From the IMG/VR virus record IMGVR_UViG_3300045988_081755: a stretch of 64,000 bases of DNA. One strand, written 5' to 3'. The number at the start of each line of letters is the position of its first letter. The first letter of the stretch is position 1. Below, one piece after another: positions 20,826 to 30,411 of the stretch. The DNA is from a virus. A program made the position numbers and the translations under genes. A model generated the notes under the pieces. The model saw only the letters and a list, made by a program, of their open reading frames with translations. It had not been told where the DNA came from and made no database searches.

Positions 20826-21625
20826 TATACCACAACCATTTTTATTTCGTCATAAATCAATTTTATCCTCTTCACTGTTTCAGCAATCTCCTTCTGATAC
20901 TGTATGATACGAGCACCATAACCAGCATTCGTTGCGGAAGAAGTAGAACTGATTGATTGACTCAACCCGTCCACACCAATTGACTGGGCAGCGATACCAG
21001 CACCAAGAATCAAGTCTCCGGCAATACCTAATGGTCCAAACGTCGCTAACTTTCCAGTCAGGTTAATTAAGTCCATAGGCATGTGGTCGAGGTCGAATCC
21101 TGTAATGTACTGGAAATCCCAGTAATCCGGAATCAATCTAAAATGCTGACTACCCAATTGAGTAGTCAAACCGCTTAGAATCACTTCCGCATTCGCAGTA
21201 GCAACAGCCGAACCCGTCGGAACGATTGATACACGTCTCTTATAAAGACCGTAACTGTTCTGATGAGTTGTAAGCCATTGTGTCGGATAGGAGATTTGCT
21301 CAAGATTGTTGAACCGTCCCGTCAACGAAATTGGCTTGTTGACGGGATAGTTCGTGAACAGAATAGGAAATTCCTGCCAATAGTCGGCTCGGTAGAATGT
21401 CAGCTTCTCTTGGTCAATGAACTGGCGCATCAGTTTAAGGTTGAAGAAGTTCTCCACCTCTTTCTGTGCTGCCTGAATGTAGAACCTCATGCTCTCAGAG
21501 CTGAATGAAGTCCCGTCACCACCCTGTATAGTTATCCCGTACAGGTACAAAGAAAAAATCTCCGTGGGATTAAACATCATCCCCGTATTCTTTCTATACT
21601 TCATTGTCAAAACAAGCTGTCCCAT
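20825..21625 (-). CDS. neck / head completion module protein, function unassigned
   Basis: 266-aa ORF, co-directional, 5-nt gap. Confidence 0.6.
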   Translation of the reverse strand: MGQLVLTMKYRKNTGMMFNPTEIFSLYLYGITIQGGDGTSFSSESMRFYIQAAQKEVENFFNLKLMRQFIDQEKLTFYRADYWQEFPILFTNYPVNKPISLTGRFNNLEQISYPTQWLTTHQNSYGLYKRRVSIVPTGSAVATANAEVILSGLTTQLGSQHFRLIPDYWDFQYITGFDLDHMPMDLINLTGKLATFGPLGIAGDLILGAGIAAQSIGVDGLSQSISSTSSATNAGYGARIIQYQKEIAETVKRIKLIYDEIKMVVV

Positions 21626-21630
21626 CTTAA

Positions 21631-22260
21631 TTACTCTTTAGAGGATGCTACCAAAAATTCGATGATTTCAGCTTTCGTTTTCTCAGCAATAGCAGCCATG
21701 TCAAAGCCACTCTCGGTTCCGAAAGCTATCAATTCATCTTTCTTCATTCCAGAAAGTTCTTTACGAAGAGCCTCTTCCTCCTGTTCCGGAGTCAAAGTTT
21801 CACCGCCATCACCCTCTGCGGGATTTTCGTCGCCTGTGGTCGCTGCGGTGTCTGCTGCGGGATTTTCAGGTGCTGGGGGTGTAACTGTCTCGGGTGCGGG
21901 GATAATTCCCTCAGCGAGCTTTAAACGAGCCTCATGCTCCTTCTCGTATTCACCTTTCCAGTTTACAACCTCTTGCTCGAGCTCTTCAATCTTCTTCTTC
22001 TGAGAAGTATTGATGTTAGTCAAGCGAGCCAGTTCCTTTTTGTACCACTCTTCACGGTCGTTGAAATCAGACTTCATCTGAACTTCCTTAGGAGTTTCGA
22101 ATACGGGCTGTTTGCCGTGTTCATACAGGTTGGGTAAACCTAACTTCAGAGCTTCCTTCCCGAACTCGTCCTCGACCTCTGCAACACAATTAACGAACTT
22201 CACGTTCGTGCCATTAATGTTGATTACCTTGTTTCCTGCTTTTCTGTTAAAAAGTTTCAT
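21631..22260 (-). CDS. capsid-associated protein with acidic Pro-rich linker
   Basis: 209 aa, first gene after the hairpin terminator that follows the capsid gene. Low-complexity PAPETVTPPAPENPAADTAATTGDENPAEGDGGE linker. Confidence 0.55.
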   Translation of the reverse strand: MKLFNRKAGNKVININGTNVKFVNCVAEVEDEFGKEALKLGLPNLYEHGKQPVFETPKEVQMKSDFNDREEWYKKELARLTNINTSQKKKIEELEQEVVNWKGEYEKEHEARLKLAEGIIPAPETVTPPAPENPAADTAATTGDENPAEGDGGETLTPEQEEEALRKELSGMKKDELIAFGTESGFDMAAIAEKTKAEIIEFLVASSKE

Positions 22261-22292
22261 AATCGTTTCTTTAATTTGTTTATAAAATTAAT

Positions 22293-22319
22293 GGGGATGG
22301 GACTTACCACCCCATCCCC
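22293..22319 (-). terminator. hairpin terminator after the major capsid gene
   Basis: GGGGATGGG-9 nt-CCCATCCCC, followed on the minus strand by ATTAATTTTAT. Confidence 0.65.
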
Positions 22320-22348
22320 ATCATTATAACGTTACTCGGTCGTCTTTT

Positions 22349-23866
22349 TTAGGTAGTCGGCAAACCAATCTTACCAATGTTGATGATACGAGCAATCTTT
22401 CCTGGCATATACTCAACGGGAGTACCATAGTTCAGGACAGAGAACGAACGTCTCGGACCAACAATAGCGTAATCCAGTTTCATGGTACCACCCAGTTCCA
22501 GATACTCAATCATTTCACTTCCGTTGAAGTAAACAAGAGCAGATTTGGTTCCGGCAATCCAACGGTTGCGGTCGTGAACCTCTCCCGGAGCAGCACCGTC
22601 CCATCCAGCAGCCAACTCAGTTGTGCTAACTTCAAAGATAGGATAGAAGTCTGCAGTCCCCTTATCAACAGGGTCTTTCTCAGTACGATAGATAACGTAG
22701 CAAGTTTCAGGATAAGCAGAAGACTGCGCACCTTTGAACTTCAGAGTCACTGACTGAGTAGCACCAACAGCCTGTTCAGTGTCGTTCAGCAATACAGGTT
22801 CAGACTCTCCGTAACGGTTCTTTGCTGTAACAGCATAGAAGTAGTTACCAGCGTGAACAGAGCCGAATACTCCCTTAGCATCAACAGCCACAGCAACCGG
22901 AGTTGTTGTATCCTTGATAGGAGCATTAGGAGCTTTGTCAGAAGTCTTACCACCGCCCAACTTAATCGGTTTCGCGAAGTCGAAGAACTTGTCTGCCTTG
23001 ATGTTCACTTTACCGAATTGAGTAGTGATGTCGTTTACCGACTGACCCATAGTAGCACCAACGACGCCACCAGCCATACCTACCACAACACGTTTTGACT
23101 CGTGGAAGAGTTTCACGTAGTTGTTGAATACGATAGGAGAAGAAACGATACGGTCGATGATACCGTTTCGGTCGTTTACAACTGCCTGAGCAGCGTCTTC
23201 AACCAAAGCGTCGTTCAGTACAGAACCGTTTGCGTTCAGCACAGCAACGTCACCGAAGTAAGCGTCCAACACCTGTTCAGATGTTTTACCCAGAAGACCA
23301 CCTGTGATATCGTTAATACCAGCGATGTGCTGAGCAAATACACCGTCAAACTCTTCAGGAACTTTTGCCGAGTTGGCGTCGATTACCTTTTTGTCCAGGA
23401 TAGTCTGAAGCAAGATGGTCTTGTTCTCAACTTCCTTTGTGTACAGGCTACCAACGACAGTCTTGACAATCATACCCGGATGAGTCACCTGACCAGTCAC
23501 ACCAGTGAATTTCACGGTGATTGACTTACGACGGTAAACAGAGTCAGTTTCAGTAGGAGTTTCACCTTCCTGATTGAAGATACCTACTTCCTGACCATAT
23601 TTGTAGAGCTGATTGTACTGGTGAACAGTATTGTCAATTTTCTGACGGTTCAGTTCGTTCCAGAATACCAACTGGTCCAAACGGTTCTCGAGGTTCTTCA
23701 GCACAGAATCCAGAGATTCAGGTTTCAAACCACCACCGTTATTCAATTGGTCGTTGTACTGCATACCAGTCAACAGACCCGCCTCCATCGCCTTCAAGAT
23801 TTCATCTGAAGACAGACTTTCCAACGGATTGGCGTTTTCCGTTCCAGTGTAATTGAATAAATCCAT
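22349..23866 (-). CDS. major capsid protein candidate
   Basis: 505 aa, immediately downstream of the acidic scaffold-like gene and the prohead protease, and followed by a strong hairpin terminator (22293-22319). Positional and size-based call. Confidence 0.65.
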   Translation of the reverse strand: MDLFNYTGTENANPLESLSSDEILKAMEAGLLTGMQYNDQLNNGGGLKPESLDSVLKNLENRLDQLVFWNELNRQKIDNTVHQYNQLYKYGQEVGIFNQEGETPTETDSVYRRKSITVKFTGVTGQVTHPGMIVKTVVGSLYTKEVENKTILLQTILDKKVIDANSAKVPEEFDGVFAQHIAGINDITGGLLGKTSEQVLDAYFGDVAVLNANGSVLNDALVEDAAQAVVNDRNGIIDRIVSSPIVFNNYVKLFHESKRVVVGMAGGVVGATMGQSVNDITTQFGKVNIKADKFFDFAKPIKLGGGKTSDKAPNAPIKDTTTPVAVAVDAKGVFGSVHAGNYFYAVTAKNRYGESEPVLLNDTEQAVGATQSVTLKFKGAQSSAYPETCYVIYRTEKDPVDKGTADFYPIFEVSTTELAAGWDGAAPGEVHDRNRWIAGTKSALVYFNGSEMIEYLELGGTMKLDYAIVGPRRSFSVLNYGTPVEYMPGKIARIINIGKIGLPTT

Positions 23867-23904
23867 TTCCTATTTATTTTTAAAGTTATAATTCGATAAC
23901 GAAA

Positions 23905-24684
23905 TTATTTCACGAGACGAATGTTCTTCTTGTTATACATATACAAGGCTGCGTCTTGACCGATTGCCCCACATACAGGGTCGAGCAAATAGGCAGTTGT
24001 ATTGTCACGCAAAGACTTCTGAATTTCGGGGTCGGTTTCCTCATCGATTGATTTAGTAATCAATTCACGAACAACCGCACGGTCACGAGATACGCTCAGG
24101 ATGGTTTTGTCATCCTCGTCTTTCGCTCCACCGCCCATTTCGAGACTCTTTTCGATAACAGCCTTATTCAGACCAGCGGTCTTAAATGCAGGAGCAGTAT
24201 CGCCAAAAGCAATAATCGCTTGACGCATACCGTCCAAAGATTTTTCAATCTTGTCAACGACAGGAGTCAAAGCCTGTTCAATTACTCCGGGAAGAGATTT
24301 CATGAACTCATCCTGAGACTGAGTAACCTTGCCAAGCAAGTTGTCTTCGATGCTCTTCATGATATCCGCAGAAATTGACTTGGCGATGTCGTCTTTGTCT
24401 TTACCCTTGTCAGCACCGCAACCCTTTTCAACATCGTCTGGGTCTTTCTTGTCACCATCCTTGTCATCAGGGTCTTTCTTGTCTTTTTCTTTGTCCTTTT
24501 CTTTCTTCTCGTGTTCACCGTCTCCGTCGCCTTCACCATGGTCATCCGGACCACTCTGAACCGACTTCTCCAATTTGATTGAGCCGGAATCAATCCAACC
24601 AGCAATCACCTCTTCTGAGAACCCACTACCAAGCAGGGACTTAACGAGGTCGTCATTTTTCTGTTCATCTGTTAATTGTACCAT
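23905..24684 (-). CDS. scaffolding protein candidate
   Basis: 259 aa, highly acidic D/K/E low-complexity centre (GEGDGDGEHEKKEKDKEKDKKDPDDKDGDKKDPDD), between the protease and capsid genes. Confidence 0.6.
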   Translation of the reverse strand: MVQLTDEQKNDDLVKSLLGSGFSEEVIAGWIDSGSIKLEKSVQSGPDDHGEGDGDGEHEKKEKDKEKDKKDPDDKDGDKKDPDDVEKGCGADKGKDKDDIAKSISADIMKSIEDNLLGKVTQSQDEFMKSLPGVIEQALTPVVDKIEKSLDGMRQAIIAFGDTAPAFKTAGLNKAVIEKSLEMGGGAKDEDDKTILSVSRDRAVVRELITKSIDEETDPEIQKSLRDNTTAYLLDPVCGAIGQDAALYMYNKKNIRLVK

Positions 24685-24744
24685 AATCTTTTGAATTTTT
24701 CGGTTTAAAAATATTACAAAATTTCTTTTCCCTAAAATGAGTCG

Positions 24745-25419
24745 TCAAATGTCTTCTTGAACAATGCGGAATTTTGAGTCAATAATTATCCTCTTGTTTC
24801 CAACTACCTGTTCGAACATGATACTCTTTCGTAGGTGACTCTTCAAAATTTCACCCGTAGGAATAAAATCTTGCATTTGAATCCCCTTTACAAAATCGAT
24901 ATACGAATTGAAATTCACAGGTGTGAACGTCAGAGCAATGTTATTGATAATTGCTTTCGTGATATGCTTTTCATTTTTCGGGTCTCGCTCGAGTGCTTTG
25001 CCCTCAATAGACATTCCAGGCTTTCGGGTTGAACCGCTTTCACGCATTTCAATACACTTATCCCAAAAGGCTCTCGCCTCGGGAGACTCGCTCCACAGCT
25101 TCCCTTTCACCCAAAACTTATTATCAACTATCTTCCCGTCAAGCGGTTCACCAATCCAAAACCTACTCTTCAGCTCTTTTGCTCGAACTGTTAGGTGGTC
25201 AAGATTGAATAAGCCGTGTTTCAGGAAGTATTGAATCTCGAAGCCGTTTGGCTCCATAGAGTCACCTTGATAATCCTTGCTGTCATCACTTGCGATACCC
25301 TCAAAGACCATGTTCTCGTAGCGACGTTCATCACCACGAGGATACTGCATAGCTTCCTCAGACTTCATAATGTCAAGAGGAAGCCAGAAGTTGAAATCAT
25401 TTGGGGTTTGCTTCTTCAT
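24745..25419 (-). CDS. prohead (capsid maturation) serine protease, HK97/S78-like
   Basis: 224 aa. FEGIASDDSKDYQGDSMEPNGF...GLFNLDHL resembles the G-x-A-S...D-x-x-G-D...P-G-A-F...H-D pattern of caudoviral prohead proteases. Position fits. Confidence 0.65.
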   Translation of the reverse strand: MKKQTPNDFNFWLPLDIMKSEEAMQYPRGDERRYENMVFEGIASDDSKDYQGDSMEPNGFEIQYFLKHGLFNLDHLTVRAKELKSRFWIGEPLDGKIVDNKFWVKGKLWSESPEARAFWDKCIEMRESGSTRKPGMSIEGKALERDPKNEKHITKAIINNIALTFTPVNFNSYIDFVKGIQMQDFIPTGEILKSHLRKSIMFEQVVGNKRIIIDSKFRIVQEDI

Positions 25420-25444
25420 TGAATCCGTTTTTAAAATTCTGAGA

Positions 25445-25476
25445 CAAAATTACAAATCATTTCAGAAAGTTACAAA
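25445..25476 (-). promoter_or_regulatory. possible Bacteroides-type promoter upstream of the prohead protease gene
   Basis: Minus strand has TAATTTTG (-7) with TTTG 20 nt upstream. The spacing is one off the other copies. Confidence 0.35.
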
Positions 25477-26763
25477 TATTGGGTCACCAACATAATCGGT
25501 TCCTCTTTCATTCGCTGCCATAAATTCTTCATGAGGTGTCCGGACTTTCATCGGTCCCACCATCAAGGAATATTTCATTTCCTCGAGAAGACGTAACATA
25601 TCCGAGTCGTCGCCTGTAAACACAATTTCGCATTCAGTCAAGCGGTTGGTCGCTGGGTCTTCCTTATACCTTGTATCATGAATGATTAGAGGCTTCAAGA
25701 ACTTCAGATGTCCGTTCTCCCCAACTGTCACTTCCTGCATTCCGCTGATACCTTTAAGAATGGTTTCGACACACTTCATCGGGTCACGAACAGGAACAGC
25801 CAATTTTCGCTTGTCTCCGTCCATTGATTCAGGCTCAAGCGGTTTCACGGCTTCAATATCCATAGCCTTTTTCAGGATTGAAGTAAATCCCGGAACAAAA
25901 GCCTCCGGAGTAATGCGTCCTTCCTCAAGAGCTTTCAACAACGGTTGGGCGGCATCCATTTGCTGCGGTTTCATCATCAGGTCAAGAACGATACGTCCTT
26001 GGTCAAAGATGAACGGCTTCAAAGGCATTTCCCCAAGGTCAATGAACTCTGCAAAACAATGTTCGCTCGCATCAACTGTTACAGGCTGGTCACTGTCGAC
26101 ATACACCTGATAATATTTAATGTGGGCATCCGCATTCTTATGCTCCCCAAGATACACAATTCCTCTATCCGCAAGGGGGTCAAGATTTGTTTCTTCTTTT
26201 AGTTCACGTAATGCAGCGGTCTCAAAGTCCTCTCCTGGGTCGACATGACCTCCAGGGATACAAACCTTTCCAGTAGGACAGAACTCCTCAACTCGATGTA
26301 ATATGAGGACTCTACCAGACTTGTCCAAAGCAACCACATCAGCGTATTTGGTTGGCTCACCTGTAATTGACTTCACGATGTCGAAATACACCTGTTTAGT
26401 CATCTTCCCTTCCCGATACGCCAGCTCGGCATTATCAAGAGTGTCAATGTCTTTACAGGCTTCCCCAACCTCAGGGTCATTGCGATAAGCCTCCAACGAC
26501 TTCAGAATTTTGTTCCTCTGGTTTACGGCTGATGTAACTTCCTTTTGATGTTCTTTTAGGAATCCTCTATATTTCTCAAACACTTCGGATTTCTTCTGTT
26601 CCGGCAAACCATCAACTCCGTCAATTACTGACTTCTGAATTGAAAATTTATCGGACAGTTCTTGCCCAAGCAGGTCAAGTTTCCCGAGCTCCGATTTCAG
26701 ATTCCGGTAATCCTCAATTTTCTCTTGAGCTGTCTGAATACCAAAAAACTTCTTTAAATTCAT
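25462..26763 (-). CDS. Nudix hydrolase domain protein embedded in the head module
   Basis: 433 aa. Nudix box GGHVDPGEDFETAALRELKEETNL matches G-x5-E-x7-R-E-U-x-E-E-x-G-U except the last Gly. Flanked by ~150-aa N- and C-terminal extensions. Confidence 0.8.
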   Translation of the reverse strand: MNLKKFFGIQTAQEKIEDYRNLKSELGKLDLLGQELSDKFSIQKSVIDGVDGLPEQKKSEVFEKYRGFLKEHQKEVTSAVNQRNKILKSLEAYRNDPEVGEACKDIDTLDNAELAYREGKMTKQVYFDIVKSITGEPTKYADVVALDKSGRVLILHRVEEFCPTGKVCIPGGHVDPGEDFETAALRELKEETNLDPLADRGIVYLGEHKNADAHIKYYQVYVDSDQPVTVDASEHCFAEFIDLGEMPLKPFIFDQGRIVLDLMMKPQQMDAAQPLLKALEEGRITPEAFVPGFTSILKKAMDIEAVKPLEPESMDGDKRKLAVPVRDPMKCVETILKGISGMQEVTVGENGHLKFLKPLIIHDTRYKEDPATNRLTECEIVFTGDDSDMLRLLEEMKYSLMVGPMKVRTPHEEFMAANERGTDYVGDPIFVTF

Positions 26764-26774
26764 ATCTTTTCGTT

Positions 26775-27722
26775 TTAAACTGAATATTCTTTGTTTCCAA
26801 TAGTTATCTTTGCTCGGCTCTTCCGCTCAACTTTACGTTGATAATTCTTAGGAGGCTCAAACTGTCTTGTATCAGGATTCCAAACATATCCTTTGGGGAG
26901 ATACCTTAAATCACACCGACAGAACGGGTGAACAGGGTGTATCGTGGCTTTCCAGTCCTTAGACTTTACACCATAATTCGTACCGTTCGCCATAAGTTCT
27001 GACAGGTGAAAAACCTTTGGCTCGCTTCCGATACCCCCTTTCAGGTACAGCCGTATGCAATGACGGCACGCTCCAGGAAAGACATCGAAGTAAACCAACG
27101 GGTCAGGGTCTTCTTCCATGATGATTTCCGCCCGACCAAGATTGTATATGTCTTGACTTTCCGTCTCAACAATACGTCCCCAATCACGGTTCCAATCATT
27201 CATTTGGTTCGCCAAGTTAGATGTTATCTTCTTGACTGAACGTTTCTCGAATGTGCCGTCCAACAGTTCCTTCTTCAGAACGGCATCAGCCTTTGCAGCC
27301 TCTTGAGCCTGTAAATAGCTGAGTTCCTCTGCCGAAATTGAAGCACGAACATCATTCTTGATACGCTCCGAAAATCCCTTGATATGAGTATAAGTCTTGT
27401 TGGCTGCAACCTTATAGAACGCCATTTCCCTCGCTGTGGGCTCAAATAAGCCCATTTTAGAAAGAAACGCAGTAAACTCGGAGTAACTCATCTGAGCCGT
27501 TGCATTCGTCCCAACAGCAGCCGAAACACGACCAAACAGAAAAGCCTGATAATGGGAAGGGAATTTAGGAATCAGTTTAATCAAGTCAACCCCTTTACGC
27601 TTGAGCAAGTCCAGGTCTTCCTTCGTTAGGAAGTCTTTCCCCAACACCTGTGCAACCATCTTGACCACCATGAGGTCGACGTTGTCCAAAATCTTCTTTA
27701 TTTCTTCTTCCGAAAATAACAT
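26775..27722 (-). CDS. head morphogenesis protein, SPP1 gp7 / Mu F-like
   Basis: 315 aa, directly downstream of the portal. Carries C-terminal Cys/His motifs GACRHC and HPFCRC typical of this family. Confidence 0.7.
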   Translation of the reverse strand: MLFSEEEIKKILDNVDLMVVKMVAQVLGKDFLTKEDLDLLKRKGVDLIKLIPKFPSHYQAFLFGRVSAAVGTNATAQMSYSEFTAFLSKMGLFEPTAREMAFYKVAANKTYTHIKGFSERIKNDVRASISAEELSYLQAQEAAKADAVLKKELLDGTFEKRSVKKITSNLANQMNDWNRDWGRIVETESQDIYNLGRAEIIMEEDPDPLVYFDVFPGACRHCIRLYLKGGIGSEPKVFHLSELMANGTNYGVKSKDWKATIHPVHPFCRCDLRYLPKGYVWNPDTRQFEPPKNYQRKVERKSRAKITIGNKEYSV

Positions 27723-27886
27723 TATTTCTTTTCCTTTTGAATATCAACCATCGTTTGAACAATATCACCAAACAGCCGTACAGCGTTGAAAGCATTCTTC
27801 GACTGATTCTCATACTGCTTTTGAACCTTTGGATATCTCATCGGGTCAACGTGATGTTGGATTCTGGGGGATACAGGCTGTTTCAT
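27722..27886 (-). CDS. small ORF (54 aa) translationally coupled between portal and MuF-like genes
   Basis: Not in the ORF track (under 60 aa). Its ATG overlaps the portal stop as ATGA and its TAA overlaps the MuF-like ATG as TAATG. Translates MKQPVSPRIQHHVDPMRYPKVQKQYENQSKNAFNAVRLFGDIVQTMVDIQKEKK. Confidence 0.5.
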   Translation of the reverse strand: MKQPVSPRIQHHVDPMRYPKVQKQYENQSKNAFNAVRLFGDIVQTMVDIQKEKK

Positions 27887-29631
27887 TTTCTTATTCCTAA
27901 TTGTGAGTCAATAAATTCAAGAGCCTTCCCAAGAATAGGGTTGTCCATAGACTTCTCAACCAACATTTGGTCAATAGCCTCTTGAGCCGTCTTAGGAGAA
28001 TCTTTACCCTCTTCGTCATCGACGATTTGGTTCATTCCTTCTCCTCCCATCATCTTGTTACTTTGAGCCGACTGATACACCGTGTTAAGGATAGTATCCT
28101 TTTCGGGATTGAACTTCCTTCCGGAATACTTCTCAAACATATCCTCAAGAGATACGAACCCAGCCTCAGATTTCTTCTTGTCAAGTTCAACCTGAGCAGC
28201 CTCGTCCTCTATCTCTATACCTGTAAAGACAAGCTCCAAGCGGTCATCAATCTCGCTGATGATATACTTATTCAGCACATTCTGATAGAACACCAACAGC
28301 GGAGTCAAACCTTTTTGGCGAGAATGGTCGAGACGTTCCTTCTGTCCTTCTTGACCGAATATACGGGCAGCATCCTGAAACTGAAAGCCGAGTTCCGATG
28401 GGTCCATACGGTACACAGCACAGGCAATCACCAATAGGAACTTAATCCATTCAGTGAATTCCATATCACGGTTCGTTTGCTGTAAATCAATCCACTCGAG
28501 GTCTATACCTTGTATCACAGGAATCTTGTGAGAGTTGTACACGGTGCTCATCGTTTGTTTCCAGTCCTGACGGAATTCGTTCAGAGTTCCTTGGTCGATG
28601 TTTCCGTTCTTCACATTGATAAAGCCTTTCGGCTGGCTACCTTGTTTGAAGAAGTTACCATTATACTGCATTCCCCACAAAATCCACGTAACAATTTCAA
28701 TCAGCGTTTCCAGCTCCGAACAGCCATAGCCATTACGCAACACGTTGGTCGTCTTGTTTCGTACACCATACCCAAGTTCCCACGGATAGAAAACTACATA
28801 CTCATTCGTTACAGGGTGTCTGATAATCTGACCGTCCCATACCATAGCATATCTTGGCAGATAACCATGCCAACGGAAATTCTCAAACATCTGTGCATAT
28901 CGTGGGTCATTTGTGTCAAGCTGTCTAATAAGCGCAGCGTCCACGGCACGATACTTCTTGAGGTTCATGTTCCTCGCACGAACGAGCTCGAACGTCATTT
29001 GGTCAAGCACGAGGGAATCCCTCAATACTTTACGGGTAAACTCTTGAAAGTTATCCTCACATTCCCATTTGTCATTCTCACCACCCTCTTCGAGAAACTT
29101 GACAATGTAGTCGACAATCTTCTTGTCCTTTACGTTCAGTTCCTTATCCTCAGAACCTTCCGAGCCTGGACTCTTCTTATAGCGTATCTGATATCCTGGC
29201 TTCTGGTCATCAAGACTGTACTTTAAGAAGTTCTGAACCTGTTCAATACGAGTGTTGATGATAGCTTTAACAATAAAGATTTCGCCCATACGATTGAGCG
29301 TGCCAAACGAAATACCGTTGTTCGGGTCTCGATAGCCTTTTCCGTTAAAGCCAATTTCAGAAGGATTCCAAAGGATTGATTTAATTTCCGGCTGCGGAGC
29401 TCTCCGACTGTTCTTTTGCTGTTCGGCAATGAACGCTTGTGCCTTCATTACTTCTTCAAAAGACTCCGAAGTTAGGGACTTCTGAAGCCTGTTGCGCAAA
29501 GCTATCGGAGCAGCCTGAGCCATCACTTGGAGTTCCTGAAGAGACAGTCCATCAAGACCGTCTATGGGAGCCGCATTATTGGCTCCCACTGAACTCCTGT
29601 TTTTTGATGAACGGTTTCTTCCTTTTCCCAT
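27883..29631 (-). CDS. portal protein
   Basis: ORF track gives 608 aa from 29709. I prefer the ATG at 29631 (MGKGRNRSSKNRS..., 582 aa), which starts 2 nt after the stop of the upstream gene. Size, position upstream of the MuF-like gene, and the segment NGYGCSELETLIEIVTWILWGMQYNGNFFKQGSQPKGFI are portal-like. Confidence 0.7.
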   Translation of the reverse strand: MGKGRNRSSKNRSSVGANNAAPIDGLDGLSLQELQVMAQAAPIALRNRLQKSLTSESFEEVMKAQAFIAEQQKNSRRAPQPEIKSILWNPSEIGFNGKGYRDPNNGISFGTLNRMGEIFIVKAIINTRIEQVQNFLKYSLDDQKPGYQIRYKKSPGSEGSEDKELNVKDKKIVDYIVKFLEEGGENDKWECEDNFQEFTRKVLRDSLVLDQMTFELVRARNMNLKKYRAVDAALIRQLDTNDPRYAQMFENFRWHGYLPRYAMVWDGQIIRHPVTNEYVVFYPWELGYGVRNKTTNVLRNGYGCSELETLIEIVTWILWGMQYNGNFFKQGSQPKGFINVKNGNIDQGTLNEFRQDWKQTMSTVYNSHKIPVIQGIDLEWIDLQQTNRDMEFTEWIKFLLVIACAVYRMDPSELGFQFQDAARIFGQEGQKERLDHSRQKGLTPLLVFYQNVLNKYIISEIDDRLELVFTGIEIEDEAAQVELDKKKSEAGFVSLEDMFEKYSGRKFNPEKDTILNTVYQSAQSNKMMGGEGMNQIVDDEEGKDSPKTAQEAIDQMLVEKSMDNPILGKALEFIDSQLGIRK

Positions 29632-29633
29632 GA

Positions 29634-30329
29634 TTAAATAGTTCCAGGAGTGACGAATGTTTTTGCCTCGTAGGTTCTGCCTCCGTAGATGAAACGAATA
29701 GTGAACCAAGTAACCATTGCCGGACGGGTGATACCCAAATCCTTCACAATTTCAAACATCAGAGAATTGGAAGCCTTTGCGGTCAGGGTTTTCTTGTCTT
29801 CGCTCAACGTACCCAAGTCGGCAGAGTTTCCACGGAACTCAAGCTGACGTTCGTCAGCAAATATCTGTACCTGATATTCAGAATCATCCTGAGCATCGGC
29901 ATCGGCAGCAATCTTTTTGAACTTCGCAACCAGCAAAGGCAAAGAACCCTTTGAAGAAGCATAGTCATATTGGTCAGTGTACGACTTCGGAACCACGCTG
30001 TAATAGGTTGCCTCGTTATAAGCAACACCCAATTGCAATCCAAAGATTGTACCTACCTCTTCCGGCACACCAGAAGTAAAGTCAGCAGACTCATCAATGA
30101 TAAGTTCATTGCCTTCGTAGCACTCTACTTTACATTCACAGGTCTTCGCCATGTTCAGCATAGTAGGAATAGTCACTTCGTCGCCCATCTTGAAATTCAA
30201 GCCAGCCGAAACAAGACCGGAATAATTCTTTCCAATCAGTCCTGTTATCATGAAGTTGTTAATGGTTCCAAGACCATCGGTCTCAACCGTTACAGCTTCC
30301 GCACCTTTCGAATAAACATATTTCTTCAT
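29634..30329 (-). CDS. hypothetical protein upstream of portal
   Basis: 231-aa ORF, co-directional. No terminase motifs seen. Confidence 0.6.
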   Translation of the reverse strand: MKKYVYSKGAEAVTVETDGLGTINNFMITGLIGKNYSGLVSAGLNFKMGDEVTIPTMLNMAKTCECKVECYEGNELIIDESADFTSGVPEEVGTIFGLQLGVAYNEATYYSVVPKSYTDQYDYASSKGSLPLLVAKFKKIAADADAQDDSEYQVQIFADERQLEFRGNSADLGTLSEDKKTLTAKASNSLMFEIVKDLGITRPAMVTWFTIRFIYGGRTYEAKTFVTPGTI

Positions 30330-30411
30330 TTCCTTTTATGTTTTAATTCTTACCAATTATTTAACGATACAAATTTACAAATAAAAATACCGAGATTAAA
30401 GCATGATATCC

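Noticed and set aside
28510-29226. 238-aa plus-strand ORF inside the portal gene, and similar long antisense ORFs at 42530..43144, 1734..2294, 8145..9328 and 21662..22003
   Set aside because: All are antisense to well-supported co-linear genes and show biased composition. None has start-codon context or promoter support.
29632-29709. Longer N-terminal extensions given by the ORF track (also 32659-32733, 41527-41583, 45346-45429, 49349-49387, 51060-51113, 52832-52966, 55233-55319)
   Set aside because: The extensions overlap upstream genes or promoter cassettes and translate to Arg/Leu-rich, non-protein-like sequence. Internal ATGs give clean spacing or ATGA coupling.
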